This document shows, one piece after another, positions 1 to 11,382 of a stretch of 64,000 nt of DNA. Every line of letters starts with the position of its first letter. Position 1 is the first letter of the stretch. The DNA lies in the NCBI RefSeq assembly GCF_006345805.1, contig NC_043016.1, positions 62,001 to 126,000 of the forward strand. Direction: 5' to 3'. Made by a program: the position numbers and the translations under genes. Source of the stretch: Octopus sinensis. Taxonomy: Eukaryota. The notes under the pieces were generated by a model. The model saw only the letters and a list, made by a program, of their open reading frames with translations. It had not been told where the DNA came from and searched no databases.

Positions 1-75
1 CCGGTCGAACCGTCCAACCCATGTTAGCATGGAGAACGGACGTTAAACGATGATGATGATGATGATGATGATGAT
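1..75 (+). mobile_element. RTE LINE 3' terminus with (GAT)n tail
   Basis: ccgtccaacccatgttagcatggagaacggacgttaaacgatgatgat matches the 3' ends at 6675-6725 and at 6981-7040 (minus), the latter being continuous with RTE ORF2 remnants. Confidence 0.8.
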
Positions 76-599
76 TTCTGACATAGACATTCTGTTAAGC
101 AATCAACACCATAAACTTCACGAATCTCTTTTGTGAACCTTAGCAGCATTCTTGTCTTTACGGATATAAAAAAAAGCAAAATATGGAAAAATGTTCGTTT
201 TTGCACTCCATGTTAAAATTGACACTGAACTAACAGCTGTAAACAAAATTATGCACAATTTACTTCTAAAGTAAGCTAAAAGTAACAGCTATCAAAAGTC
301 AAAAGGAAAAAAAATTATAACATTGACAAAAGTCATTCAGAAAAATTGTAACTCTTTTTGTGAAAAACAAATTTATTTTCTAGCCAACATAATACACACA
401 CACGTATATATATATATATTATATATATATATATTATATATATATATATATATATATGATCTAGTACACACTGTATTAAAATAAGAGCTACAAATAGTTT
501 CTTGCCATTGCGATACATGGTTAGTAGCTCTTTCACTGAATGGGATACATTTTGTTGATCCTACCTTAGTGGAACAGTAAACTACATATATATATATAT

Positions 600-790
600 T
601 AGCTCCTGCGTGCATTTTTTTTCTCTCCTTGTTTCTCTCTGTGTTTCTTTTCTGTGTATCTTCTGTTGAAGAGCGTAGGCTCGAAACGTAAAAGACTTGT
701 TTTATTTCTATTCCTGTGCGCCATACTAATACAACTGTTTGTTTGTACTCCACCTGCCTTCGTCTTTTGTTTATTTTCGTAAAGCTTCCC

Positions 791-792
<2 letters not shown>
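600..792 (+). mobile_element. Penelope-like terminal-repeat fragment with degenerate hammerhead core
   Basis: ctgttgaagagcgtaggctcgaaacgtaaaaga at 663-695; the same family recurs at 1365, 55920 and 59880. Confidence 0.6.
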
Positions 793-829
<37 letters not shown>

Positions 830-832
<3 letters not shown>

Positions 833-1225
833 ATTAAATTAGAGATAAAACCACTATTAGGCAAATCAAACAATGAAAAACTTAAGCCAATACATAAAAT
901 TAATTAATTTATATTATTTTAAATATATATCAAAAGTATTAAAAGTTTAATAAAAGATAATGAGTAAAACACTACGATCGTTTCATTGCTAAACCTCGCT
1001 AAGATAAATATTTCAATTACCTGAAGATTGACTGTAAACATAGCTCGAATTATTACGAATTGGACAGCCATGAAACGATCGTAGTGTTTTACTCATTATC
1101 TTTTATTAAACTTTTAATATTTTTGATATATATTTAAAATAATATAAATTAATTAATTTATGTATTGGCTTAAGTTTTTCATTGTTTGATTTGCCTAATA
1201 GTGGTTTTATTTCTAATTTAATATA
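830..1225. mobile_element. Foldback/MITE-like element, ~160-bp inverted arms
   Basis: 830-990 is a near-perfect reverse complement of 1066-1225, with a ~75-bp spacer; lies within TA-rich sequence. Confidence 0.75.
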
Positions 1226-1313
1226 ATATAATATTTTACTATAAAATTGGATTCAATCCTAAATCTGATTTTTCCCTGTAAGTTTGGATTTATTCCCTAA
1301 TATTTTATTATTA

Positions 1314-1361
<48 letters not shown>

Positions 1362-1364
1362 CAT

Positions 1365-1572
1365 GTGAAACTGTTAATCTCTTCACATTTTTACTCTCTC
1401 TGTGTTTTTTCTCCCATTCTCTCTCAATTTTACTCACTCTCAGTCCATTCTGTTAAAGGGCATAGGTTCAAAACATCAAAGACTTTTCCATTCTTCCTGA
1501 GCATTAGACTAATACACCTGTTTGTTGTTCCATCACCTGCCTTTGTCTTTTGTTTTCAGTAAATTTGAACTA
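1365..1572 (+). mobile_element. Degraded Penelope-like terminal fragment
   Basis: Similar to 600-792 (ctaatacacctgtttgttgttccatcacctgcctttgtcttttgttt). Confidence 0.5.
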
Positions 1573-1581
1573 TATACATAT

Positions 1582-2268
1582 ATCATCATCATCATCTTCA
1601 TCATCATCATCATCATCGTTTAATGTCCTCCTTCCATGCTGGGATGGATTGGACGGTTTCACAGAAGCCAGCCAGGCAGGAGCCTGCACCAGACTTCTGT
1701 GTCTGTTTTGGTATTGATTTTTAAGGCTGTATGTCCTTCTTAACACCAACCACTTTACAGAGTGTGCTGGGTGCTTTTACATGACACAAGCAAGCACAGG
1801 TGAGGTCAGTTTTGGTATGGTTTTTACAGCTTGATGCCCTTCCAAATGCCAACCACTGTACAGTGTGGACTTGGTAGGGTCACCAAGTAAGTTTGCTAGA
1901 CAAGGGATCTTTGAGAGGGGAGTGAGCATTGAAGGAGGTTATCTTGTGTCAGATGATGAAAGGTTAGAGTGTGACAGAGAGATTGAAACAGATGTCTTGC
2001 TATATAGGAGGTACATGGTTAAGCATTTAGAGAGAAAGAGAGAAAGAGAGAGAGAGAGAGAGAGAGGGGAGAAGAAGAGAGGGAGAGGAGGAGAAGGAGA
2101 GAAAGAAAGGGAAAGAGAATAAGAGTTAACAGGAATGAAACCAGAAACAGGTGTGCTGCTGAAGATGGACATGGTTACCTGGAGAGAGAAGGGGAGTTAA
2201 CAAGAAAGAGATGTGCTGCTGTAAAGGAGATACATGGTTACCAAGCCAGAGGTAAGAGCAAGAGAAGT

Positions 2269-2310
<42 letters not shown>

Positions 2311-4940
2311 CAAGGGCAGAAACAGGTTTGTTACTGTAGAGGAGAAACGGGATTACTCAGCAAGAGGGAAGAGCAAGGGCAAGAGTGAGAGATTAGGAGA
2401 CAGCAAGAGCAGGAGGGGGGATGGTGGCAAGTGCCAGGGTATACTCACAGGGAATGGAGATCAAAGTATAGATGGGATGGTAGAGTAAGGAAGAAAGAGA
2501 TGAAAGGTGGAGGGTTCTGACAGGGTATTGCCAAGAAGTCATGAGTAGGGAGTGGGGGTCATGAGTGTGACTGGTAATAATCTGGGTATATAGTGGGGAA
2601 GGAGATGAGAGGAAGCAATGGTACAGTGAGCAGGGTAGTGAGAACTGGATTGAGGAGTGGAAGATAATCATAATGTATGAAGAGGAAATGTGAGGAAGAG
2701 AAGAGAAACAGTTTTGGGAAAGTAGAGATGTAGTTTGGTTTGTTGCGGTAAAGTTTGTGAAAATTTTATTGTCATGTGTGGGTGGAACACAACGCTTCTA
2801 GTACTTAGGTTCACTGATGTGGGTGGGTCTTCTCCAGAATCTCATGTTGCCAAATGTCTTGGTCCATTGCCATTTCCTCTGTGAATCCCAGCATTCCGAA
2901 ATCATGTCTTCACCACTACATCCCATGTCTTCCTGGGTCTCCCTCTTCCAAAGGTACCATCCGCTTTCAGTGATTGGCACTTCTTCATTCATACGCATCA
3001 CATGTCCAAACCAACAAAGTCTATTCTCTTGCATGCTGGATTTGATTCCTCTTATACCCAATTTTCTCTCAATACATTTGCATTTTGTTGTTTATGCACA
3101 TTGATGCTACACATCCAGCAAAGATTACTGCCTTCAGTCCTCTCTAGTCTATGCATGTCCTCTGTTTTCAGAGCCCATGTCTCACTACCATGGAGTATAG
3201 TTGATCATACATAAGCATCATACAATCTATCTTTCACTCTCAGAGAGAATCGTTTTGTTGCCAACAGAGGTAGTAGCTCTCTGAACTTCCTCCATCCTAT
3301 TCTTATTCTAAAGACAATATTTTTAGAGCATCCACCCCCATTACTAATTTAGTCACCTGGATAACAGAAACTATCAACTGCCTCAAGATATTTGAGAGAG
3401 TCTAAATCCCATGCACGCTTAGTGCTTATTGTTCCTGCATATCTGCCACACACAAAGGTAACTTTATCTGTTAATCTACCAGTGATTCCTCTGCATCTCT
3501 TATGTGTCCATAGATTACATTTAGTTTAAGGAATGGAATTACACCCCCCACTTCTTTCCTACAAATTGAGCAGGACCATTTACCTGACAGAAAGAGGCGG
3601 CGAGCTGGCAGAAATGTTAGCACGCCGGGCGAAATGCTTAGCGGTATTTCGTCTGCCGCTACGTTCTGAGTTCAAATTCCGATGAAATCGACTTTGCCTT
3701 TCATCCTTTCGGGGTCGATAAATTAAGTACCAGTCAGTCACACACTGGGGTCGATGTAGTTGACTTAATTCGTTTGTGTGTCCTTGTTTGTTCCCTTTAT
3801 GCTTAGCCCCCTAGTGGGTAGTAAAGAAATGGGTATTTTGTCTGCCGTTACGTTCTGAGTTCAAATTCCACCGAGGTTGACTTTGCCTTTCATCCTTTCG
3901 GGGTCGATAAATTAAGTACCAGTCAGTTATGCACTGGGGTCGATATAATTGACTTAATCCGTTTGTGTGTCCTTGTTTGTCCCCTCTATGTTTAGCCCCT
4001 AGTGGGTAGTAAAGAAATGGGTATTTCGTCTGCCGTTACGTTCTGAGTTCAAATTCCGCCGAGGTCGACTTTGCCTTTCATCCTTTCGGGGTCGATAAAT
4101 TAAGTACCAGTCAGTCACGCACTCTGGTCGATGTAATTGACTTAATCCGTTTGTGTGTCCTTGTTTGTCCCCTCTATGTTTAGCCCCTTGTGAGCAATAA
4201 AGAAATAAGAAAGAGAGTTTTATCTCCTTTCTTACTAACAACAACTTTGGTCTTATCTAGGTTAGCTTTAAATCTCTTTGATTCAAGGTTTTGCTTCCAT
4301 ACCTTGAACTTATTCTCCATTCTACTACAAATTCTGCAATAACAGTCAGGTCATCAGCATAGAGTAGTTCTCACGGGCATCTAGTTTTGAATTATTGTTA
4401 TGGCCTGGAGGACTATGATGAATAGGAGTGGACTAAGATCTGAGCCCTGGTGAACCCCTACCTGTAGACTAAATTTATCACTGTATTCATGGCTGACTCA
4501 CACCTCACTAACAACACCCCTGTACGTAGTTTGTATGGCTTTAACAAGCCACACTATACTTCTAGATTCCTTAGAGACTACCATATAATAGGGCATGAGA
4601 CTCTGTCGAAAGCTTTCTCCAGGTCGACGAAAACTAAGTACAGTGGCTTACTTATGGCCGAATACTTTTCCTTTGGCTGTCTCACTACGAAGATGGCATC
4701 TGTAGTAATCTTCATAGGTACAAAACCATGCTGCATCTCATCTAGTTTAATTCTATTCCTTATCAATTGAGCTATAACTCTCTCTCTCTGTAACTGTCAT
4801 GACCTGGTCCAGCAGTTTGATATCTCTGTAGTTGCTTCTATTGAAGGCATCACCTTTAACTTTTGTAGCAGTTAGCTATAATACCAATCATTAGGGATAA
4901 CCTGATTAACTATGCAAGTGATTAGGCTGTATCCCACACT
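1582..4940 (-). mobile_element. Decayed RTE-clade LINE (RT, C-terminus, long 3' UTR), interrupted by an S1 SINE array
   Basis: Translated remnants: QHGFVP..TTDAIFVVRQ..LVFVDLEKAFDRV, GSDLSPLLFIIVLQA, RIGWRKFRELLPLL, HGSETWAL, RLCWFGHVMRM; many stops and frameshifts; (ATC)n tail at 1582-1615. Confidence 0.85.
3596..4207 (+). mobile_element. S1 tRNA-derived SINE: one head plus three tandem ~188-bp bodies
   Basis: Head ggcggcgagctggcagaa; bodies restart at ggtatt(t/c) near 3643, 3831 and 4020; TSD agaaaga at 3589-3595 and 4208-4214. Confidence 0.9.
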
Positions 4941-5164
4941 GCCTGAGATTTTTCTCATCTCAGAATGGTAGTTGAACCAAGAAAGAAAGGTCAGGCTTGG
5001 CCGAACACCAGTCACATGGGTAGAGAAAAGAGAAAGTTGTAGAGGCAGAGGGAACAGAAGAATTAAGGAGGGGGCAAAAAAAAAAAATAAAAGGAACAGA
5101 CTGAAGTGAAAGAGGAGGAAAGGTGAGCAAGAAGAGAAGGCCGGAAAATGTGAGAACCAGCAAC

Positions 5165-5390
5165 ACATAAAAGCAGCCTGGTGTCATGTAAATGACACCT
5201 GTGCTGGTGACATGTAAAAGCACCCATGACACTCTTGGAGTGGTTTGCATTAGGAAGAGCATCCAGCTGTAGAAAACGATGCCAAATCAGACTGGAGTCT
5301 TGTGCAGCCTTCCAGCTTGCCAGCCTAGTCAAACCATCCAACCCATGCCAGCATGGACAACAGACGTAAAATGATGATGATGATGATGTG
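5165..5390 (+). mobile_element. RTE 3' UTR fragment
   Basis: ttaggaagagcatccagctgtagaaa ... caacccatgccagcatgg ... (GAT)n. Confidence 0.75.
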
Positions 5391-5464
5391 TGTGAGTTAT
5401 CTAAGAGAACAAAAGTCAGGGAGAAGATGCACTCGTACAGCTGTCTGGGAATATAATCTGAATA

Positions 5465-5627
5465 TTATAGTATTAAGTATCCATCATGGCTGGCCATATT
5501 TCCTTCTATATCAGCTATCTCTGATAAGCGTAGAGTTATATAATTGGATTGCTACCTAATACTTCATTGAATTCTTTACGAAAAACCAATTGGTAAGACC
5601 AGCCATGATGGATACTTAATACTATAA
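5465..5627. repeat. ~30-bp inverted repeat pair
   Basis: tatagtattaagtatccatcatggctgg (5466-5493) vs ccagccatgatggatacttaatactata (~5598-5626). Confidence 0.7.
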
Positions 5628-5647
5628 AATTTGGATTATATATATAT

Positions 5648-6725
5648 ATGCGGTACTGGCTACGGCCATAACCATCCGAACATGGCCGTAGCCAGTACCG
5701 CATCGACTGGCCTCTGTGCTGTGGGCTCATAACAAACACCATCCGATCGTGGCCATTCGCCAGCCTCATCTGGCACCTGTGTCGGTGGCACATAAAAACA
5801 CCATCCGAAGACCCGGCAAGACTAGTCAGGACATAACCGTGGCCTCTACTTGGGACGTAGTCAGTGCACCTGTGCATACCTTCCTTCTTGTGACACTTGT
5901 GAAGACCTGTTGAGACAAGTGATCAAATCAAATCAATCAAATCAAAATAGATGAACATCATCATGGAATTTGTATCTTTGTGGTACAGTGCCGTGGCACA
6001 CAAGAAAACCATCCGAACGTGGCCGTAGCCAGTACCGCATCGACTGGCCTCTGTGCTGTGGGCACATAACAAACACCATCCATCTGCACCTGTGTCGGAG
6101 ACACATAAAAACATCATCCGAACCCGGCAAGACTAGTCAGGCATAACCCGTGGCCCTACCTGGGACGTTGTCAGTTCACCTGTGCATACCTTCCTTCCTT
6201 CTTGTGACACTTGTGAAGACCTGTTGAGGCAAGTGAAAATCAAATCAAATCAAAATAGATGAACATCAATGGAATTTGTATCTTTGTGGTACCAGTGCCG
6301 GTGGCACACAAGAAAACCATCCGAACGTGGCCGTAGCCAGTACCGCATCGACTGGCCTCCGTGCTGTGGGCACGTAAAAAACACCATCCGATCGTGGCCG
6401 TTCGTCAGCCTCGTCTGGCACCTGTGTCGGTGGCACATAAAAACACCATCCGAGCGTGGCCGTTCGCCAGCCTCGTCTGGCACCTGTGTCGGTGGCACAT
6501 AAAAACACCATCCGAGCGTGGCCGTTCGCCAGCCTCGTCTGGCACCTGTGTCGGTGACATAAAATCACCCACTACACTCTCGGAGTGGTTGGCGTTAGGA
6601 AGGGCATCCAGCTGTAGAAACACTGCCAGATCTGACTGGCCTGGTGCAGCCTTCGGGCTCCCCAGACCCCAGTTGAACCGTCCAACCCATGCTAGCATGG
6701 AAAGCGGACGTTAAATGATGATGAT
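5648..6725 (+). mobile_element. RTE 3' end with higher-order tandem duplication (~310-340-bp units, 62-bp subunits)
   Basis: accatccgaac(a/g)tggccgtagcc at ~5670, 6009 and 6317; 62-bp units at 6421, 6483 and 6545; RTE tail and (GAT)n at the end. Confidence 0.85.
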
Positions 6726-6749
6726 ATATATGTGTGTGTGTGTGTATGT

Positions 6750-6960
6750 GTATAAAGTTAATCCAAACATGAAAACACAATGAGAAAACACAACAACGCG
6801 AGGACATGGAACAAGTATAGTATTATTGGATGCTCAGGAAAGAAGGAAAGAAGGAGGGTTTAACGTTTTGAGCAGAGCTCTTCGTCAGAAACATAGGAAA
6901 AGGAAAGATCCAAAGAAGGGAAGAAGGAGGAAAAAATCGCCAATGGTACACACGCGGTCA
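6750..6960 (-). mobile_element. Penelope-like terminal fragment with hammerhead core (G12 mutated)
   Basis: Reverse complement of 6858-6892 reads gttt ctgacga a gagc tct gctc aaaac gtt aaac; same family as 10893-11282. Confidence 0.65.
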
Positions 6961-6980
6961 CATTTTGAATGTATATATAT

Positions 6981-9790
6981 ATCATCATCATCATCATCAT
7001 CGTTTAGCGTCCGTTTTCCATGCTAGCATGGGTTGGACGGTTCTACTGGGGTCTGTGAAGCCAGAAGGCTTCATCAGGCCCAGTCAAATCTGGCAGTGTT
7101 TCTACGGCTGGATGCCCTTCCTAACGCCAACCACTTTGTGAGTGTAGTGGGTGCTTTTTACGTGCCACCCGCACTGGTGCCAGACAGAGCTGGCAAACGG
7201 CCACGAACGGATGGTGCTTTTTTATGTGCCACCGACACGAGGGCCAGGTGAGGCTGGCAATGGACACGAAACGGGGGCGGTGCTGGCAACGGTCCGAAAC
7301 GGAAGGTTCTCTTACATGCCACCGGCACTGGTAACACATCCGCAATTTCCATTGATCGATTTCGATTCTGATCCTCACTTGCCTCAACACGTCTTCACAA
7401 GTAGAGTTTTGTGTCCCAAGAAGGGAAGGTATGCATAACGTAGGCTGCGCCATCCCATGTAGAAGGCCACGGGTTATGGACTCACTTGTCGCCGGGTCTT
7501 CTTGCGCACAGCACACTTCCAGAGGTCTCGGTCTCTAGTCATTTCCTCAGTGAGACCTAAAGTTCGAAGGTCGTGCTTCACCACCTCGTCCCAGGTTTTC
7601 CTGGGTCTGCCTCTTCCACAGTTTCCCTCAACCGCTAGGGTGTGGCACTTTTTCACACACCTATCTTCATCCATTCTCGCCACATGACCATACCAGCGCA
7701 AACGTCTCTCTTGCACACCACAACTGATGCTCTTAGGTCCAGCTTTTCTCTCAAGGTACTTACACTCTGCCGAGTGTGAGTACCGACCATTACACATCCA
7801 TCGGAGCATACTGGCTTCATTTCTTGTGAGCTTACGCATATCCTCAGCAGTCACGGCCCATGTTTCACTGCCATGTAGCATGGCTTGTTCGTACACACGC
7901 ATCATACAGTCTGCCTTTCACTCTGTGCAAGAGGCCTTTGTCACCAGCAGAGGTAAGAGCTCTCTGAACTTTGCCCAAGCTATTCTTACTCTAGCAGTTA
8001 CACTTTCAGCACACCCGCCCCCGCTGCTGACTTGGTCACCTAGGTAACGGAAACTATCAACTATTTTAGTTTTTCTCCCTGGAAAGTGACGCAAGTTGGT
8101 CTCAGAGCATTTTCAGTGTTTATTGTTCCTGAGCATCTGCCACATACAAAAAACCATCTTCCTAGTTAGCCTTCCTTTGACATTGCTGCATCTCTTATGT
8201 GTCCATAGCTTACACTTGGTGCATCTTAGAGTTCTACCTACACCTTTTCTACAGATCGAGCAGGGCCATCTACCTGAAGGCGTGTTGTGATTTGTCTACC
8301 TTCCTACTGATTACGACTTTGGTTTAGCTAGATTGACTCTGAGGCCCTTCGATTCTAATCCTTGTTTCCACACCTGAAACTTCTCCTCCAGTTCTGATAG
8401 CGACTCAGCAATTAGAGCAAGGTCATCAGCATAGAGGAGCTCCCAAGGGCATCCTGTCTTGAATTCCTCCGTTATTGCCTGGAGGACTATGATAAATAGG
8501 AGGGGGCTGAGTACTGAGCCTTGGTGGACCCCTACCTCTACCGGAATTCTTCACTGTACTCATTTCCAACCCTCACCCTACTAGCAGCGTCCCTATATGG
8601 GCCCCACAGCTCTCACTAACCATTCATCTATCCCTAGTTTCCTCATTGCCCACCAGATAAGGGATCGGGGGACCCTGTCGAAGGCTTTCTCCATGTCAAC
8701 AAAAGCAGGTACAGGTACAGGGGCTTATCTTTGGCTAGGTATTTCTCCTGCAGCTGCCTTACCAGGAATATAGCATCAGTAGTACTTTTCCCTGGCACAA
8801 ACCCAAACTGCATCTCATCTAAACTAACTCTCTCTCTAATTAGTTGGGCTATGACCCTCTCCGTAACCTCATCACCTGATCCAACAGCTTGATACCTCTG
8901 TAGTTATTGTATCTAGGCATCACCTTACCTTTGTAGCAGTTGACTATTAACTGCTACACCAGTCATTGGGTATGACTCCTTTGTGTATCACCTGATTAAC
9001 TATACGGGTGACTAGGCTATAGCCGACACTACCAGACATTTGAGCATCTCTGCAGTGATTCCTGATGGGCCTGGGGCTTTTCCTGTCTTCATGCTTCTAA
9101 TTTCCTTAGCTACCACGGAACTATCAACTCGGATAGCTGGTCCCTCTGTTGGGTCAACATTCGGCAGACTCTCTTTATCCCATTCATTTTCTTCATTCAG
9201 CACCTTTCATAGTGGCATCTCCAAACCTCTCTCTTTGCATCCTCATTTAGCGCAAGTGAACCATCTTCCATGCAAACACACTTCTCTCCTACCACATCAC
9301 GATTCTCTCTCACACACTGTCTTGCAACGCGAAACACCTCCAGTCTTTGGTCCTCACGGTGCAGAACATTGGCAAATTTTTTCTTATCTGCTTCCCCTCT
9401 GGCTAATAACCTGTCTCCTAGTTTCTCTTTTGGCAGTCTGATACAATTCCCTGCTACCCCCATTTTTCCAGACCTTCCAAGCCTGTCTCTTTTCTCTAAT
9501 AGCCCTGTCTACAATATTGTTCCACACCACGTTATTCTAGGTCGAGAGGGGACTTTGCACCAACCACAGATCTGGTCAGTGGCTCTCAGCAGGTTTGTCC
9601 CTTAGAAACGTCCAGCTGTCTTCTACCCCCTGTGATGCTCTATCCCCTTCTACTTCGTCAGAGGCTTCAAGTAATATGTCCTAAATCTCTGTCCATTTGC
9701 AGGATCTTTAAGCTTCCAGATCCTTCTTCTCCATATTTGTCGTCTTCTAGTTGTCCTCCTAGTCCTGATCCTAAAGTCACTAACTACCAG
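6981..9790 (-). mobile_element. 5'-truncated RTE-clade LINE (end of APE domain, RT, C-terminus, 3' UTR)
   Basis: TQYRLVVSDFRI near 9780; GVHQGSVLSPLLF and CPWELLYADDLAL at ~8420-8530; LHGSETWAV..RRLRWYGHVARM..GRPRKTW at 7474-7905; (GAT)n tail; several frameshifts. Confidence 0.92.
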
Positions 9791-9814
9791 TCTATATTGT
9801 GTGGTACATATATA

Positions 9815-9853
<39 letters not shown>

Positions 9854-9889
9854 TACATACACACACATATATATATTATATATATATAA

Positions 9890-10015
9890 TCATCATCATC
9901 ATTTAAAGTCTGTCTGCTTTCCATGCTGGCATGGGTTGGATGGTTTGACTGAGGGCTGGCAAGCCAGAAGGCTGAACCATTCTCCAATCTGATCTGGCAA
10001 AGTTTCTACATCTGT
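9890..10015 (-). mobile_element. RTE 3' tail fragment
   Basis: catcatcatt..ttccatgctggcatgggttggatggtt. Confidence 0.7.
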
Positions 10016-10399
10016 CTGTCCATCCATCTGTCCAACTTTCGGTCTGTCTGTCTGTCTGTTTGTCCACCTGTCCATCCATCCGTCTGTCTGTCTGACTGTG
10101 TATCTATCTTTCTATGTACGCCGACAGGTGTAGGCACATAGGTGTAAAACAGGGTGAGAAAAATAGTACTCAAATGCCAGAGGTAGTGTAAAATACTTAA
10201 TACAACCATGAAGTTTGAAGAAAGTTATTAACCATTTACAAACAAAAAGAAAAGAAAATGTATTTACAGAATTTCTGTCACTATTCATCACACAGTTGTG
10301 ATAATACAGATTAGTTAGCATTATTACAGCCATCCGATGAGCTGAGTAACAGTTCCTGAAGATATTTTGGCCTCTATTAGATAGTATATTCTATACTAT

Positions 10400-10411
10400 A
10401 TCTATCTATCC

Positions 10412-10509
<98 letters not shown>

Positions 10510-10519
10510 TTATCTATCA

Positions 10520-10582
<63 letters not shown>

Positions 10583-10597
10583 CATCTATCTATCTAT
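10400..10597. repeat. (TATC)n microsatellite
   Basis: Direct reading. Confidence 0.95.
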
Positions 10598-10890
10598 CCT
10601 TTTACTTGTTTCAGTCATTTGACTGTGGCCATGCTGGAGCACTGCCTTTAGTCAAGCAAATCGACCCCAGGACTTTACTTTGTAAGCCCAGTACTTATTC
10701 AATCAGTTGCTTTTGCTGAACCGCTAAGTTAGAGGGACATAAGCACACCAGCATTGGTTGTCAAGCGACGTTGGTGGTTGGGGGGACAAACACAGATGCA
10801 CAAACATATACACATACTCACACACACACATTCATTCACACACACATACACGCACACACACATACACACACACTCACACACACGCACACA
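10598..10890 (-). mobile_element. S2 SINE, 3' half
   Basis: ttttacttgtttcagtcatttgactgtggccatgctggagcac matches the S2 tail. Confidence 0.85.
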
Positions 10891-10892
10891 CC

Positions 10893-11282
10893 TGGATCTT
10901 TCCTTCTCCTATGTTTCTGACGAAGAGCTCTGCTCGAAACGTTAAAGCCTCCTTCTTTACTTCTTTCCTGAGCTAGATAAGCTAAGAATTTCTCATTTCA
11001 CTTCTTGACCACTCGTACTACATTGGCCACTGACACTTAAAATGTATTATCTATTTAATAATCTGCTTGTTGATTCTTTTCGTGAGCTAAGCTGTTGATA
11101 TTGTCTCCCAAAATATAATCTTTTCATTTTTAGTCCTATCTCGTAATAATTCGTCCCTATGCGCTGATAATTTATTTCTTTTTTCTTTCTTTCTTTCTTT
11201 CTTACTTTGTTCCAATAATACTATATTTGTTCCACGTCCTCGCGTTGTGTATTTTTTTGTGCTTTCTTGTTTGGATTTTCCT
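10893..11282 (+). mobile_element. Penelope-like terminal pieces (10893-10975 and ~11185-11282) with a canonical minimal hammerhead core
   Basis: gttt CTGACGA a gagc tct gctc GAAAC gtt aaag at 10913-10947; 11200-11282 is the reverse-complement homolog of 6750-6830. Confidence 0.65.
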
Positions 11283-11382
11283 NNNNNNNNNNNNNNNNNN
11301 NNNNNNNNNNNNNNNNNNNNNNNNNNNNNNNNNNNNNNNNNNNNNNNNNNNNNNNNNNNNNNNNNNNNNNNNNNNNNNNNNN
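11283..11382. other. Assembly gap (100 N)
   Basis: Run of N. Confidence 1.

Noticed and set aside
1880-2760. Strongly purine-skewed tract with Arg/Glu-rich ORFs
   Set aside because: Low-complexity (GA)-rich sequence within the 3' region of the decayed RTE; the ORFs have no domain features
6390-6560. 62-bp repeats that could be mistaken for a CRISPR array
   Set aside because: Units are contiguous with no unique spacers, lie in an RTE 3' UTR, and there are no cas genes in this eukaryotic context
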